From Bdellovibrionota bacterium (GTDB lineage Bacteria; Bdellovibrionota_G; JALEGL01; DATDPG01), in the NCBI GenBank assembly GCA_963668355.1, contig OY764265.1, positions 1,760,001 to 1,824,000 on the forward strand: a stretch of 64,000 nt of DNA, in the 5' to 3' direction. A program made the translations under genes and the position numbers. The notes beneath the pieces were generated by a model. The model searched no databases. It was not told the DNA's origin and saw only the letters and a list, made by a program, of their open reading frames with translations. Positions 48,683-58,522 of this stretch are shown here, piece by piece; the stretch's first letter is position 1, and each line of letters starts with the position of its first letter.

Positions 48683-50317
48683 ATGAAAGTTGCGTTAGCT
48701 CAGATCAACACCTCCATGGGAGCGATTTCGGAAAACTGTGCCCGAATGGATCGTTTTTTGAGAGAAGCTCGATCCAAAGGGGCAGACCTCACCATTTTCC
48801 CGGAATTAGCGGTCATTGGATATCCCCCTAAAGATTTGTTGGACCAACAAGGTTTTATGCAACGTGGCCAAGAGGCTCTTGAAAAACTTGCGTCGCATCA
48901 TGCGGATCAAAATTTCATTGTGGGGGGGGTCGAGGCCAAAGGCCAAAAGGGGATTGGTCGTTTCAACTCTGCTTTTCTGATCTCCCAAGGAAAAATTTTA
49001 TTTTCCCAGCCCAAACAACTTCTACCTACGTACGATATTTTTGATGAAGCGCGATATTTCGATTCCGGAGAAGAGAGCAACGTTTTTTCTTTGGGTCACT
49101 TGAAAGTGGGTCTGACCATTTGTGAAGACATTTGGACGGACGAAGAATTCCTGGGAAAATCTTTGTATCAAAAACGACCGATTCAAAGCTTAAACCAACA
49201 GGGAGCGGATCTGTTCATAAATCTTTCTGCGTCTCCATTTCATTTGGGAAAGCCGGAAACGCTGTTTCGTTTGGCTCAAAAAACGGTTTCTGTAACAGGA
49301 AAACCTTTTTTGTTGGTGAATCTCGTGGGAGGAAACGACGAAATTCTTTTTCACGGGGGTAGCTTTGCGTTGGATCACCGGGGAAAGCTCTTGGGTCGGG
49401 CAAAGGTTTTTCAAGAAGATTTGTTGGTGATCGATCTCGACAAATCTTCAGGAAAAATTGAAACGTGGCCTGAGAAGGAAGAAGTGTGGAACTACCAGGC
49501 GTTGGCCATGGGGTTGCATGACTATGTAAAAAAAACGGGTTTTTCAAAAGTACTGCTTGGCCTTTCCGGAGGCATTGACTCAAGTTTGGTTGCCCTTTTG
49601 GCCGCCCAGGCTCTGGGCCCCAAGAATGTGATGGGGGTTTCCATGCCGTCCCGGTACACGAGTCAGGAGAGCCAGGAAGATGCAGAATCTCAAGCCAAGG
49701 CCATGGGGATTGACTTCGTAACCCTGCCCATCGAACCGATGTTTCGCTCCTTTGAGGAAAGCTTGGAAGGAGTTTTTAAGGGATTCCCCCGAGATGTGAC
49801 CGAAGAAAATATTCAGGCTCGAATTCGAGGAAATCTTCTGATGGCTTTGTCCAACAAATTTCGGGCACTTCTATTGAGCACGGGAAACAAATCCGAGTTG
49901 GCGGTGGGGTATTGTACGCAGTATGGAGATCTAACGGGAGGTCTCGCTGTGATTTCGGATCTACCAAAGCAATCCGTGTACCGAATGGCGAGAGAACTCA
50001 ATCAAAAGTGGAATCAGGCGATTCCCGAACGCGTGTTTGTACGACCTCCCACGGCGGAATTGGCTCCCAACCAGAAGGACCAAGACAGTCTACCTCCCTA
50101 CGATGTATTGGACATGATTGTAAACGCATACATCGAAGATCAACAATCGATTGCCTCGATGGTTCAGTCGGGAATGGATCCGCACTGGGTGGAAAAAGTT
50201 GTGATGATGATTGATCGAAATGAGTTTAAGCGCCGGCAGGCTCCTCCGGGGCTAAGACTGACTTCAAAGGCTTTTGGAATCGGTCGACGTATGCCCGTGG
50301 CTCGAGGTGCGTTATGA
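48683..50317 (+). CDS. nadE: Glutamine-dependent NAD+ synthetase
   Basis: FPEL..GYPP.DL, ICEDIW, SASPF, GLSGGIDS, ENIQARIRG, TGNKSE, PTAEL, EFKRRQ. Confidence 0.96.
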   Translation: MKVALAQINTSMGAISENCARMDRFLREARSKGADLTIFPELAVIGYPPKDLLDQQGFMQRGQEALEKLASHHADQNFIVGGVEAKGQKGIGRFNSAFLISQGKILFSQPKQLLPTYDIFDEARYFDSGEESNVFSLGHLKVGLTICEDIWTDEEFLGKSLYQKRPIQSLNQQGADLFINLSASPFHLGKPETLFRLAQKTVSVTGKPFLLVNLVGGNDEILFHGGSFALDHRGKLLGRAKVFQEDLLVIDLDKSSGKIETWPEKEEVWNYQALAMGLHDYVKKTGFSKVLLGLSGGIDSSLVALLAAQALGPKNVMGVSMPSRYTSQESQEDAESQAKAMGIDFVTLPIEPMFRSFEESLEGVFKGFPRDVTEENIQARIRGNLLMALSNKFRALLLSTGNKSELAVGYCTQYGDLTGGLAVISDLPKQSVYRMARELNQKWNQAIPERVFVRPPTAELAPNQKDQDSLPPYDVLDMIVNAYIEDQQSIASMVQSGMDPHWVEKVVMMIDRNEFKRRQAPPGLRLTSKAFGIGRRMPVARGAL

Positions 50318-51216
50318 AATTGAAACGCGTGGCTGTGGTGTATAAGAAAACCTCCTTTCAGCTCTATACGCAAGATCGTCAAGATCAACGTTTCATGAAA
50401 TTGATCAACGAAGATCATCACCTGGCCAAACGTCTCATCCCTAGTCATGAAAACCATATGCGTGCTTTGGAAAGAGTGGATCGAGCCTTGCAAGACCACC
50501 AAGTCAAAGCGGATTTCATTTATCGATCCAGGCCGTTTAAAGAAGCGGAATATGACTTGGTGATGACGTTAGGAGGAGATGGAACCTTCTTGGAAGCGTC
50601 TCATCGAATCCAGAATATTCCCATTTTGGGGATCAATTCGAGTCCTGAAGATAGCGTGGGCGTGTTCTGTGGGATCGGAACAGCTGAGGTCGGAGAAGCT
50701 GTCGAAAAAATTCGAAAGAATCAATTTCCTAAGACACATGTCACTCGTTTAAAAGCGCAGCTTGGAAAACGCGTATTGCCTTTTTCCATTTTGAACGATG
50801 TTTTGATTGCGCACGCAAATCCGGCAGCCACTTCTCGGTATGTTTTAAGAGTTGGAAAGCGAGAAGAAGACCAAAAGTCCTCCGGTATTTGGGTGGCCCC
50901 AGCGTCAGGTGCAACGGCCGCCATTGGAGCTGCAGGAGGAGAAATCCAGTCCATGGCTTCTCGACGCTATCAATTTCGTGTGCGTGAGTTGTATTGGGAT
51001 CAAGCCAATCGTTGCAAATTGGAGGGTGGCTTTTTGAATTCTAAGGCAAAGCTTAAAGTGATTTCCAAGATGCGAGCCGGAAGAGTCTTTTTGGATGGTC
51101 CTCATTCTTCTTTTGTGTTTTCCGTAGGTGACGAGCTGGAGATTTCGACAGAGGCACCGATGTTGACCATTTTGGGTATCAATGACGATCGACGAAGAAA
51201 GAGATTCGCGAAGTGA
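50314..51216 (+). CDS. nadK: NAD(+)/NADH kinase
   Basis: LGGDGTFL, PILGINS, LND, SSGIWV...SGATA..AAGG. Confidence 0.85.
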   Translation: MKLKRVAVVYKKTSFQLYTQDRQDQRFMKLINEDHHLAKRLIPSHENHMRALERVDRALQDHQVKADFIYRSRPFKEAEYDLVMTLGGDGTFLEASHRIQNIPILGINSSPEDSVGVFCGIGTAEVGEAVEKIRKNQFPKTHVTRLKAQLGKRVLPFSILNDVLIAHANPAATSRYVLRVGKREEDQKSSGIWVAPASGATAAIGAAGGEIQSMASRRYQFRVRELYWDQANRCKLEGGFLNSKAKLKVISKMRAGRVFLDGPHSSFVFSVGDELEISTEAPMLTILGINDDRRRKRFAK

Positions 51217-51950
51217 AGCAAGGGGTGCAGCAGTTTGAGGCCATTGTTCTAAGAATGGTGGATTACGGAGAGAGTGACCGAATTGTCACACTTTTAACTT
51301 CCGAGCATGGCCATATCTCTGCCTTTGCTGCATGCGCTCGAAAGTCGAAAAGACGATTCAACGGAAGCTTGGATTTGTTCTCTCATCTTTCGGTTACAGC
51401 TTCTCCTCCTCGAACTTCTCAGAAGCAATTGTGGAGATTGTCGAAAGTGGATCTGATTGACCCCCACTTGAATTTAAGAAAAGACCTGAGTCGACTGGCC
51501 ATGGCTAGTTATTTGGCAGAATGTTTATACCTATTGGGAGGAGAGGGAGACCCCCAACCTTTGCTCTTTGCTTGGTGGAAGACGACTTTAGGGAAACTTT
51601 GTGACGATCGTTTTGCGTATGAAACCGACTTTAAGTTTGATTTAGAATTGTTTGCTTTGTGCGGCTATGCACCTCGTTGGAACCGATGTACGGTCTGCGG
51701 GAAACTCCCCCAGGGAAATCGCCTGTTTTTCTCGTACGCCCGTGGGGGAATTACCTGTCAAACCTGTCGCGTTTCCGAAGATGGTGTGTGGCTGGACCCC
51801 CAAATGGTGAGGACTCTCGCTTCAGGCGAACCCCTTGGAGCCCATTTTCAATCTGATCTGGGAAAAACCATGGATGGATTCATGACGCATACGTTGGGAC
51901 GAGAACCCAAAAGTCAGAAATTTCGAAATGAGGTGTTACGTGGATGTTGA
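51213..51950 (+). CDS. recO: DNA repair protein RecO
   Basis: AIVLR..DYGESDRIVTLLT..G, ARKSKRRF, Zn finger CTVC..CQTC. Confidence 0.92.
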   Translation: MKQGVQQFEAIVLRMVDYGESDRIVTLLTSEHGHISAFAACARKSKRRFNGSLDLFSHLSVTASPPRTSQKQLWRLSKVDLIDPHLNLRKDLSRLAMASYLAECLYLLGGEGDPQPLLFAWWKTTLGKLCDDRFAYETDFKFDLELFALCGYAPRWNRCTVCGKLPQGNRLFFSYARGGITCQTCRVSEDGVWLDPQMVRTLASGEPLGAHFQSDLGKTMDGFMTHTLGREPKSQKFRNEVLRGC

Positions 51951-52710
51951 AAAGCTCTTCAAGCAACTGTTAGAGATTATGAATACATTAAGAAGTCCGG
52001 GAGGGTGTCCCTGGGATCGAGAGCAGACTCATGCTTCTTTAAAGCCCTACTGCATTGAAGAGGCTTACGAAGTGATTGATGCGATTGAGAAAGGGGACGA
52101 TTCTGAATTGGCCAGCGAATTGGGGGATCTCCTTTTACAGGTGGTTTTTCATGCGCAATTGGCTAGCGAGGAAGATCGCTTTTCCATGGCAGATGTTCTT
52201 TCCTCGATCAATGAGAAGCTCATCCGAAGACACCCCCATGTGTTTCGAAAGGAAGAAGGAGACGAAGTCGAAAATGCCAAAGAAGTCCTGGGGCGATGGG
52301 CGGAAATCAAAAAGACCGAGGGAAAAAAGGCGATCTTGGATGGAATTCCAAAAGATCTTCCCGCTTTGTTAAGGGCCTCACGCGTAGGAGAGAAAGCGGC
52401 AAGTGTGGGTTTTGATTGGCGACGCAAAGAAGATGTTTGGAAAAAGATCGAAGAAGAAATGGAAGAGTTGGATCAGGCTCAATCGCATGAAAAGCGAGAT
52501 GAAGAGTTTGGAGACTTGCTCTTCGCTTTTACGAATCTTGCCCGGCATCTCCACATTGATTCCGAAACTTCCTTGAGAAAGGCGACGTTGAAGTTCGAAG
52601 GTCGATTTCAAAAAATGGAAGAACTATGCAAGCTTCAGGGGAAAGAAGTGAAAGAATGCTCCTATGAGGAGCTGGATGATCTTTGGAACCAGGTAAAACG
52701 CGCCAACTGA
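51940..52710 (+). CDS. mazG: Nucleoside triphosphate pyrophosphohydrolase MazG
   Basis: LRSPGGCPWDREQT, EEAYEV, ELGDLLLQVVFH, RRHPHVF, GFDW, EFGDLLF. Confidence 0.95.
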   Translation: MDVEKLFKQLLEIMNTLRSPGGCPWDREQTHASLKPYCIEEAYEVIDAIEKGDDSELASELGDLLLQVVFHAQLASEEDRFSMADVLSSINEKLIRRHPHVFRKEEGDEVENAKEVLGRWAEIKKTEGKKAILDGIPKDLPALLRASRVGEKAASVGFDWRRKEDVWKKIEEEMEELDQAQSHEKRDEEFGDLLFAFTNLARHLHIDSETSLRKATLKFEGRFQKMEELCKLQGKEVKECSYEELDDLWNQVKRAN

Positions 52711-52715
52711 CGTCC

Positions 52716-53324
52716 ATGGAAACCCTCTCCTCTAGACCCAACGTCCTTCGAAGAATGTACGATTGGGTGGTCCATTGGGCCGATCACCCTGCTGGATTGT
52801 GGGTGTTGTTTCTTCTCGCGATCGCGGAATCTTCTTTTTTTCCCATTCCTCCGGATGTGCTTTTGATTGCCTTGGCTTTCGGCAAACCTCAAAAAAGTTT
52901 TTCTTTTGCGGGCGTTTGTTTGGTGGGCTCTCTGATTGGTGGCGTGTTGGGATACTATATCGGTTGGGGGATATGGAATGTGGTTCAGGACTTTTTCTTT
53001 ACGTACGTGTTTTCTCGTGAAGTCTTTGAATCTGTGGGGTCTCTTTATGGCCAGTATTCGTTTTGGGCCATTTTTGCTGCGGGTTTTACGCCCATTCCCT
53101 ATAAGGTATTCACGGTTTCAGCCGGGGTGTTTCAAATCAATTTTTGGGGGTTCTTGCTGGCCAGTCTTCTTGGACGGGGAGGTCGGTTTTTCTTGGTGGC
53201 CGCGTTGATTCGAATTTTTGGTGAAAAAGCTCGCTATTTCATCGAAAAATATTTCAATTTGGCGGTGTTGGTCTTTACGGTGCTTTTGATTGGAAGTTTT
53301 TTTCTGATTAAGTTTTTGATCTAG
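52716..53324 (+). CDS. YqaA/DedA (VTT domain) membrane protein
   Basis: AESSFFPIPPD, AGFTPIPYKVFT, GRGGRFF. Confidence 0.9.
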   Translation: METLSSRPNVLRRMYDWVVHWADHPAGLWVLFLLAIAESSFFPIPPDVLLIALAFGKPQKSFSFAGVCLVGSLIGGVLGYYIGWGIWNVVQDFFFTYVFSREVFESVGSLYGQYSFWAIFAAGFTPIPYKVFTVSAGVFQINFWGFLLASLLGRGGRFFLVAALIRIFGEKARYFIEKYFNLAVLVFTVLLIGSFFLIKFLI

Positions 53325-53327
53325 TCT

Positions 53328-53510
53328 TCAACAAGCGAGGGGCATGTGTTTTTCTAATCCGCTCTCCAGTTCTTCCATCGCTTCTCGAATTTCTTTTTCG
53401 TGAACCTGTTTCGCCTCCCTTACTTCAGCTTGAAATGTCTGAAGAATGTCTTCCATCTCACGGAGAAACTCATTCGATGCGGAATTCTTTAAGGACTTGT
53501 TGGCGTTCAT
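53328..53510 (-). CDS. Small helical hypothetical protein (60 aa)
   Basis: Coiled-coil-like charged ORF filling an intergenic gap, with an upstream sigma54-like motif. Confidence 0.5.
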   Translation of the reverse strand: MNANKSLKNSASNEFLREMEDILQTFQAEVREAKQVHEKEIREAMEELESGLEKHMPLAC

Positions 53511-53523
53511 GCAAAGGATTCAA

Positions 53524-53620
53524 TTCAAGGGCTGTACCAAAACTGAAACTCAATAAAATCAGCGACTTAACGCGTCGCAACAGCCTAAAAACCTCCCTAG
53601 GGGGAACAGGGGATGAGACA
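53524..53620 (-). promoter_or_regulatory. Sigma54-like promoter with IHF consensus site
   Basis: Minus strand TGGTACAGCCCTTGAA (53539-53524); AATCAG-CGAC-TTA (53557-53569); TGAGACA (53614-53620). Confidence 0.5.
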
Positions 53621-53648
53621 AAAAATTCCCCCTTTTCGAAGGGAAAAG

Positions 53649-55295
53649 CTAATTGATTGGCGTGAGATTTACACCCAACGCCAACGTTTCAGTTCCCTCA
53701 AATGTGAGATCGACTTGTGTGTAGGGTGGAATGGAAACTCGAACAAAGTTGATGCCACTGACAAAAAGGTTTCCGTTAAGTTGTTTCGAGGCGTCTATGG
53801 CAATGTCCTTGAGTAAAATGGGACCTTCCAACAGGACGGGCTCTCCCAAAGCACTGATTCGCGAAGACCGAAGACGAATATTGCGCGTGATCTCGGTGAA
53901 CGGATCCGAAATCTCAGGCCATAGGTGATAGGAAGGGCTCTCGGTAAATTCTGTATTGTCTAAGGCCAAAAGGGCTGCATAGTCTCGATACAGTTCAAAA
54001 AAAGATTTTCCGGTGGCGTTTTCAATATTCGAAATCCCCGTCTTAGAACTCGAATTCAAGGATCTCAAGAAATCCACTCCAGCACCAGATATGTCTCCGG
54101 CTTCTGTTGCCGAGTAATTGGCTCCACCCGCTTGTTGGAATAAATACAGTAAAAATAACATGGCCCCGCCTCTCCGAGGCAAGGAGTCCCCTTGTGAAAC
54201 CACTTCGCAAAAACTGGCTCCTTCAACGGTAGATGAACCGTCTCCTGCCAGAGAAGTATGTTCCAAACATTCCAGGTAAATTTGAATCAGAAGTGGTGTG
54301 TCTACTCCCCATCCAACAAGCTCTTCAGCCAAATGAGCCTGACCTTCGTTGAGCCAAAGGTCTTCGGTGATGTAAAATAGTCCGCCGGTATCGTTATAGA
54401 GGGGAAGCGTTTTGGTGGCGAAATTGATTAAATGAAATGTTTCGTGGGCAAGCGTGGCATGAACCAATTCAATTGGGACTTCTTCGCTTGGAACGTGCGT
54501 ATAGACAATTTCCTGTTGATTGCTTCTCAAAGAAGCCGAAGCCCCATCGGGGAGAAGATCGAGCGGGCGAAAAAATCCCAATTCATTGGAGCGAAATCTT
54601 TCTTTCGAAGCCAAAAAAAGATGCACTCGATTATTTCCATCAACATCGGAAGGTTGGCCAAAAAGCGTTTCGAGACGCGGTAATGAAATGTCGGCGTAGG
54701 CGGTCATGATCGTCTGGATTTGATCTTCTGAAATCTCCTCGTTGTCTCGGGTATCTACATATATGGCTACCTCATCCGAGTAGGCTCGAAGGGTTCCAGA
54801 GATGGGGGTATTTGTTTCTTCATCAAAGGGAGAGTAAAGATCGATGTTCCCACTGATCAGTGTTCGAGTCAGATCTTTCCGAATCGTGTTGTTCTCAAAA
54901 TATGCTTGAAAAAGCCAGGGAGCTGCATTTTTCATCTCCCATGCTTCCTTGAGAAACTCAGCAAGGCTGCTGTTTCGTTGTTCTTGGCGACGAATCCGCT
55001 CGATCAAACGGCGCGTGTCGGGAGAAATTATTAGTTCTGAAAGAGAAATCGTTTCTGCACTTCCCCCACTTTCAAGAAGATCCATCTGGACAGAATAGTT
55101 TTGCCTTCCGGCGGCCGTCGAGTCCGGAGCTGAAAAGGGGGCGACCAGGTAACTCTGAGTCGTGGGAAGAGAGGGAAGTGTTTGACGAGCTACGCCATTT
55201 CGCACATCCACCGTAATCAAATCTCCTGAAGGCGTTTCGCCGCAGGCACTTACCAAAAGTGAAAAAAGGAGCAGCGAAAAAAAACGAGCGATCAA
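53649..55295 (-). CDS. Lipoprotein zinc metallopeptidase (gluzincin, M30/hyicolysin-like)
   Basis: TTG start overlapping the upstream TGA; lipobox VSAC; FG.PSDVDGN.RV, GFF...D, TLAHETFHLINF, WLNEGQAHLAE. Confidence 0.78.
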   Translation of the reverse strand: MIARFFSLLLFSLLVSACGETPSGDLITVDVRNGVARQTLPSLPTTQSYLVAPFSAPDSTAAGRQNYSVQMDLLESGGSAETISLSELIISPDTRRLIERIRRQEQRNSSLAEFLKEAWEMKNAAPWLFQAYFENNTIRKDLTRTLISGNIDLYSPFDEETNTPISGTLRAYSDEVAIYVDTRDNEEISEDQIQTIMTAYADISLPRLETLFGQPSDVDGNNRVHLFLASKERFRSNELGFFRPLDLLPDGASASLRSNQQEIVYTHVPSEEVPIELVHATLAHETFHLINFATKTLPLYNDTGGLFYITEDLWLNEGQAHLAEELVGWGVDTPLLIQIYLECLEHTSLAGDGSSTVEGASFCEVVSQGDSLPRRGGAMLFLLYLFQQAGGANYSATEAGDISGAGVDFLRSLNSSSKTGISNIENATGKSFFELYRDYAALLALDNTEFTESPSYHLWPEISDPFTEITRNIRLRSSRISALGEPVLLEGPILLKDIAIDASKQLNGNLFVSGINFVRVSIPPYTQVDLTFEGTETLALGVNLTPIN

Positions 55296-56383
55296 AGAAA
55301 CTCGCGAATTCGTTTCAAATTGATGGGCGTTTGCGCCTCTCCTCGACATCCATACCAACATAGCGTGCATTCCTGGGCTTCGAAACTTTTCTTGTGGTCG
55401 TACTCGTCCCAAAAAACAACGGGAGGAAGTTCGGAACAAGGTTTGTACCAGCCCTCAGGTGTTACCTGAATCCAGCGAAGGCCCGCAGGACACCCTGAAA
55501 TGGGCTCGTGTCGATAGTATTGGGGCATGAGTGAAAGGAAAAAGTCCGAAGATCGAATGGTTTTAAACCTGCGTTTGAATTGGATGAGTTCTTGAATGAC
55601 TGTGGGAAACGAGTCCATTTTGTCTTCCGCCAAGAAATGGGTGTCATTCATGTTTTTTAAATCGCTATAGGAAGAGTAGCTCACGGTTACGCCCCAGCTT
55701 TTCGCAAGTTCAGCCACTTTGAGCGTTTGGTCGAAGTTGCTGTCCATGATGATCCAATTTAGATTGACCGCATCAAAGCCAAGGGATTTTAGTTGGGGCA
55801 CGATCCACTGAATGTGTTCCCAGAGTCCTGGAAGACCGCGATTCTTGCTATGTCGTTCATCCAGATAATCCAAAGAAATGGAGATTTGATCCACGCCGGC
55901 CTCTCGAAGTTCTTTGGCCTTGGGAAGCGTGAGCAACGAAGCATTCGTGATCATGGCGATATAGCTGACGGGAACGGCCTTCTTAATATTGTAAATAATC
56001 TCAGGCAAGTTCGGGCGAAGCAGGGGTTCTCCTCCTGTGATCGTGATCATCATGGGATCGATCTTTTTAACGATGGGCCCGAAATCATCGATGGCATTTT
56101 CTTTTTTGGTTTTCCAATAGTCACAAAAGTCACACTTCGCATTACATCGCTTGGTGACTTCCAGGTTGATGGAAATCGGTCGTTTCTGAATGACGTTACG
56201 GTAATATTTCATCGCCAGCTTGAAACGGGATGTGGTCGGCTTGTGAGGACGGGGATGATGTGAATAATGTTTCCTCGTTGGCTCTTCTTCGGGTTGAGGA
56301 AGAGGGGCCACATTGGCTGTAGGTAGATTCGAGAGCGTATTCTCCGCACGTTCCGTGGGGGTATTTTTCTGTGCAAGTTTCAC
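55292..56383 (-). CDS. Radical SAM protein with C-terminal SPASM/twitch-like cysteines
   Basis: CNAKCDFC, TGGEPLLR, ITNA, ISISLD; C-terminal CPAG..G...PC..CTLCWYGC. Confidence 0.88.
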   Translation of the reverse strand: MKLAQKNTPTERAENTLSNLPTANVAPLPQPEEEPTRKHYSHHPRPHKPTTSRFKLAMKYYRNVIQKRPISINLEVTKRCNAKCDFCDYWKTKKENAIDDFGPIVKKIDPMMITITGGEPLLRPNLPEIIYNIKKAVPVSYIAMITNASLLTLPKAKELREAGVDQISISLDYLDERHSKNRGLPGLWEHIQWIVPQLKSLGFDAVNLNWIIMDSNFDQTLKVAELAKSWGVTVSYSSYSDLKNMNDTHFLAEDKMDSFPTVIQELIQFKRRFKTIRSSDFFLSLMPQYYRHEPISGCPAGLRWIQVTPEGWYKPCSELPPVVFWDEYDHKKSFEAQECTLCWYGCRGEAQTPINLKRIREFL

Positions 56384-56446
56384 AACGGCTTCACTTTCTT
56401 TGAGATTTCGATTTCATGACTTATATCATGAAAACCGCTTGTATTT

Positions 56447-57097
56447 CTATTCACATCCTGTGGTGAGGGAACTTCCCTTTGCGAAAAAGGATTGGTCCAA
56501 GCCCTTTTTGCCTAATGTCACCCCTTGAATCAAGCCCCCGCTGATGATTTCCAACTCTCGGGCCCGAGTTCCAGGTTCCAGGTTTGGGTTAGAAAGCACA
56601 AATTGGTAGCTCGCGTCAACACAAGAAGATGAGGGGGAAGTCCCTCCACAAGCTCCTGAATTTGCACATTTTTTTGGTAGGCCTGTGCTGTCGAACCACA
56701 CCACGCAAGTTGGGGTGACGTTATTATTGCATCCGGTGTTTCCTGAAGGAGCAAAAATGACGCTTTTTTTGAGTTGGGTGGTCGCAATTTCACGGGCTCC
56801 ACCAGCATCCGAACAAGCACCGGTATTCCCATGGTTGGAGGCGAGGTCTGCCCAAAGCGTGGCGGAAATCGGGTCTGAAGTTGCATCGAATGTGACGCAG
56901 GTCCAGTAGGAGCGGGAGGAAGCCTCGGCTTGCGCACGTTGGAAAAAATTTTCAAGTTCTCCGATAGATCCCAGTAGGCGTTGTTTTGGGATATACCCGC
57001 GCATGGAAATCAAGGCCAAGGAAAGGATGGTGGCCAGAATGGCTAAGGTGACCATCATTTCCACCAAGGTGTAGGCTTTTGAGGGAAGTTTCTTCAT
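56447..57097 (-). CDS. Type IV prepilin-like protein (FimT/GspH-like)
   Basis: KA|YTLVEMMVTLAILATI N-terminal methylation helix; 8 Cys. Confidence 0.8.
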   Translation of the reverse strand: MKKLPSKAYTLVEMMVTLAILATILSLALISMRGYIPKQRLLGSIGELENFFQRAQAEASSRSYWTCVTFDATSDPISATLWADLASNHGNTGACSDAGGAREIATTQLKKSVIFAPSGNTGCNNNVTPTCVVWFDSTGLPKKCANSGACGGTSPSSSCVDASYQFVLSNPNLEPGTRARELEIISGGLIQGVTLGKKGLDQSFFAKGSSLTTGCE

Positions 57098-57113
57098 GAC
57101 CAAGATTCCTTTT

Positions 57114-57560
57114 TTAGGGTTTTAATAAGAATGAACCGATCAAAAGCAAGGAGACACCCAGAATTCGTGCTGCACTGACGGGGGTTTGTGGCATTCCCAA
57201 CCATCCAAAATGGTCTACTAAGAGCGCCACAGCAAATTGAGAAAAAATCATCAAGGACATGGATAGAGAGGCCCCCAGCTTTTGAAACGTGAACATGGCT
57301 CCTCCAATGATCACAACGCCCAAACTTCCTCCCAGGAGGAGTGGCCAGGGAACGGAGGAAAGGGGGGGCAGTTTAGGGGCCAAGGCGGAGGCTCGAGCCA
57401 GTCCATAAAATAAGACGGCTACGGTGAGTTGAACCACCGAAGAGATGACCAAGGACATGGGGATACCCATTTTTGCGCGCAGGGCTGTGTTGATCACTCC
57501 CTGTGCGGTCATAGATATCCCAGCCACAATGGCCAGGAAAACACAGAAATAAAAAATCAT
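57114..57560 (-). CDS. DMT family transporter (YdcZ/DUF606-like)
   Basis: QGVIN..L, W.LLGG.LG, LG....Q....DHFGWLG...R..G. Confidence 0.85.
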   Translation of the reverse strand: MIFYFCVFLAIVAGISMTAQGVINTALRAKMGIPMSLVISSVVQLTVAVLFYGLARASALAPKLPPLSSVPWPLLLGGSLGVVIIGGAMFTFQKLGASLSMSLMIFSQFAVALLVDHFGWLGMPQTPVSAARILGVSLLLIGSFLLKP

Positions 57561-58522
57561 ATGTAAGAGATATTCTCGCTGAATACGACCGGGGGCACAA
57601 ATTTTCTCAATCGATCAAACAATCTTCCAAAGCGCACGCCTCGATCCATGACCTCAAAGGATGGGTTTTTAAACTTCAGCATGAGTTGCTCGATGATCAA
57701 GGCTCCCGGAAGAACCACATCCACACGTCGGGGATCCATCCCCGGAAGTTTGGCGCGTTCTTCGCGGTTCATTTGGGCCAGTCGGTTCACCCAATTCGAA
57801 ACTGTTTCAAGAGTCAGTGTGTGTCCGGAGACATGGTTTGGGTGATATGTTTCGAGCTTTAAATCCAATGAAGCCAAAAGGGTGAATGTTCCTGCCGTCC
57901 CAAAGTAACGATCAAGTTGTCCCAAAGGGACCAATCGAGATAAAGCTTTTTGGATTTCTTTTCGGGCTACCTCCAGATCCTCGGGCTTAACGGGATCATT
58001 GTGAAAGACTCCTTCCAACAACTTAACCGTTCCCAAGTTTAAACTTCGTCCTCCGTCGAATCTTGACCCGATTCCCCAGGTAATTTCTGTGGAGCCTCCT
58101 CCGATATCTACGACCATGGTTCGTGGTTCATCATGCAATTCTGCGGTTACCGAAAGGTAACTCATTCGAGCTTCTTCGTTGGGCTCCAAGATCTCAACGT
58201 CGACTCCGGAAGTTTCCTTGAATTTTGCGAGCGCCTCTTGTGAGTTTGAGGCCTCTCGGGCCGCAGATGTAGCGGAAACAAGGATTTCCTCCGTTTCGAG
58301 AGATTGAGCCTGTGCGACGTATTCTTTCAGCTGTGTGGACACTCGTTCAATGGCTTGCGCGGATACTTGCCCCGTTTTTCTCAGACCTTCACCGAAGCGA
58401 AGAATGCTACTTTTGTCGGCTAATGCCGTAATTTTTCCCTCTTCGTTTCTTTCGGCCACCAACATGAGGAGAGCGTTGGTGCCAAGGTCAATGATGGCAA
58501 GGCGTCTTTTTTTATAAGTCAT
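57557..58522 (-). CDS. ppx: Ppx/GppA family exopolyphosphatase
   Basis: IDLGTN, ATSAAREA.N, EEA, DIGGGSTE, LG.V, RVDVV..G, GVR.G. Confidence 0.88.
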   Translation of the reverse strand: MTYKKRRLAIIDLGTNALLMLVAERNEEGKITALADKSSILRFGEGLRKTGQVSAQAIERVSTQLKEYVAQAQSLETEEILVSATSAAREASNSQEALAKFKETSGVDVEILEPNEEARMSYLSVTAELHDEPRTMVVDIGGGSTEITWGIGSRFDGGRSLNLGTVKLLEGVFHNDPVKPEDLEVARKEIQKALSRLVPLGQLDRYFGTAGTFTLLASLDLKLETYHPNHVSGHTLTLETVSNWVNRLAQMNREERAKLPGMDPRRVDVVLPGALIIEQLMLKFKNPSFEVMDRGVRFGRLFDRLRKFVPPVVFSENISYI

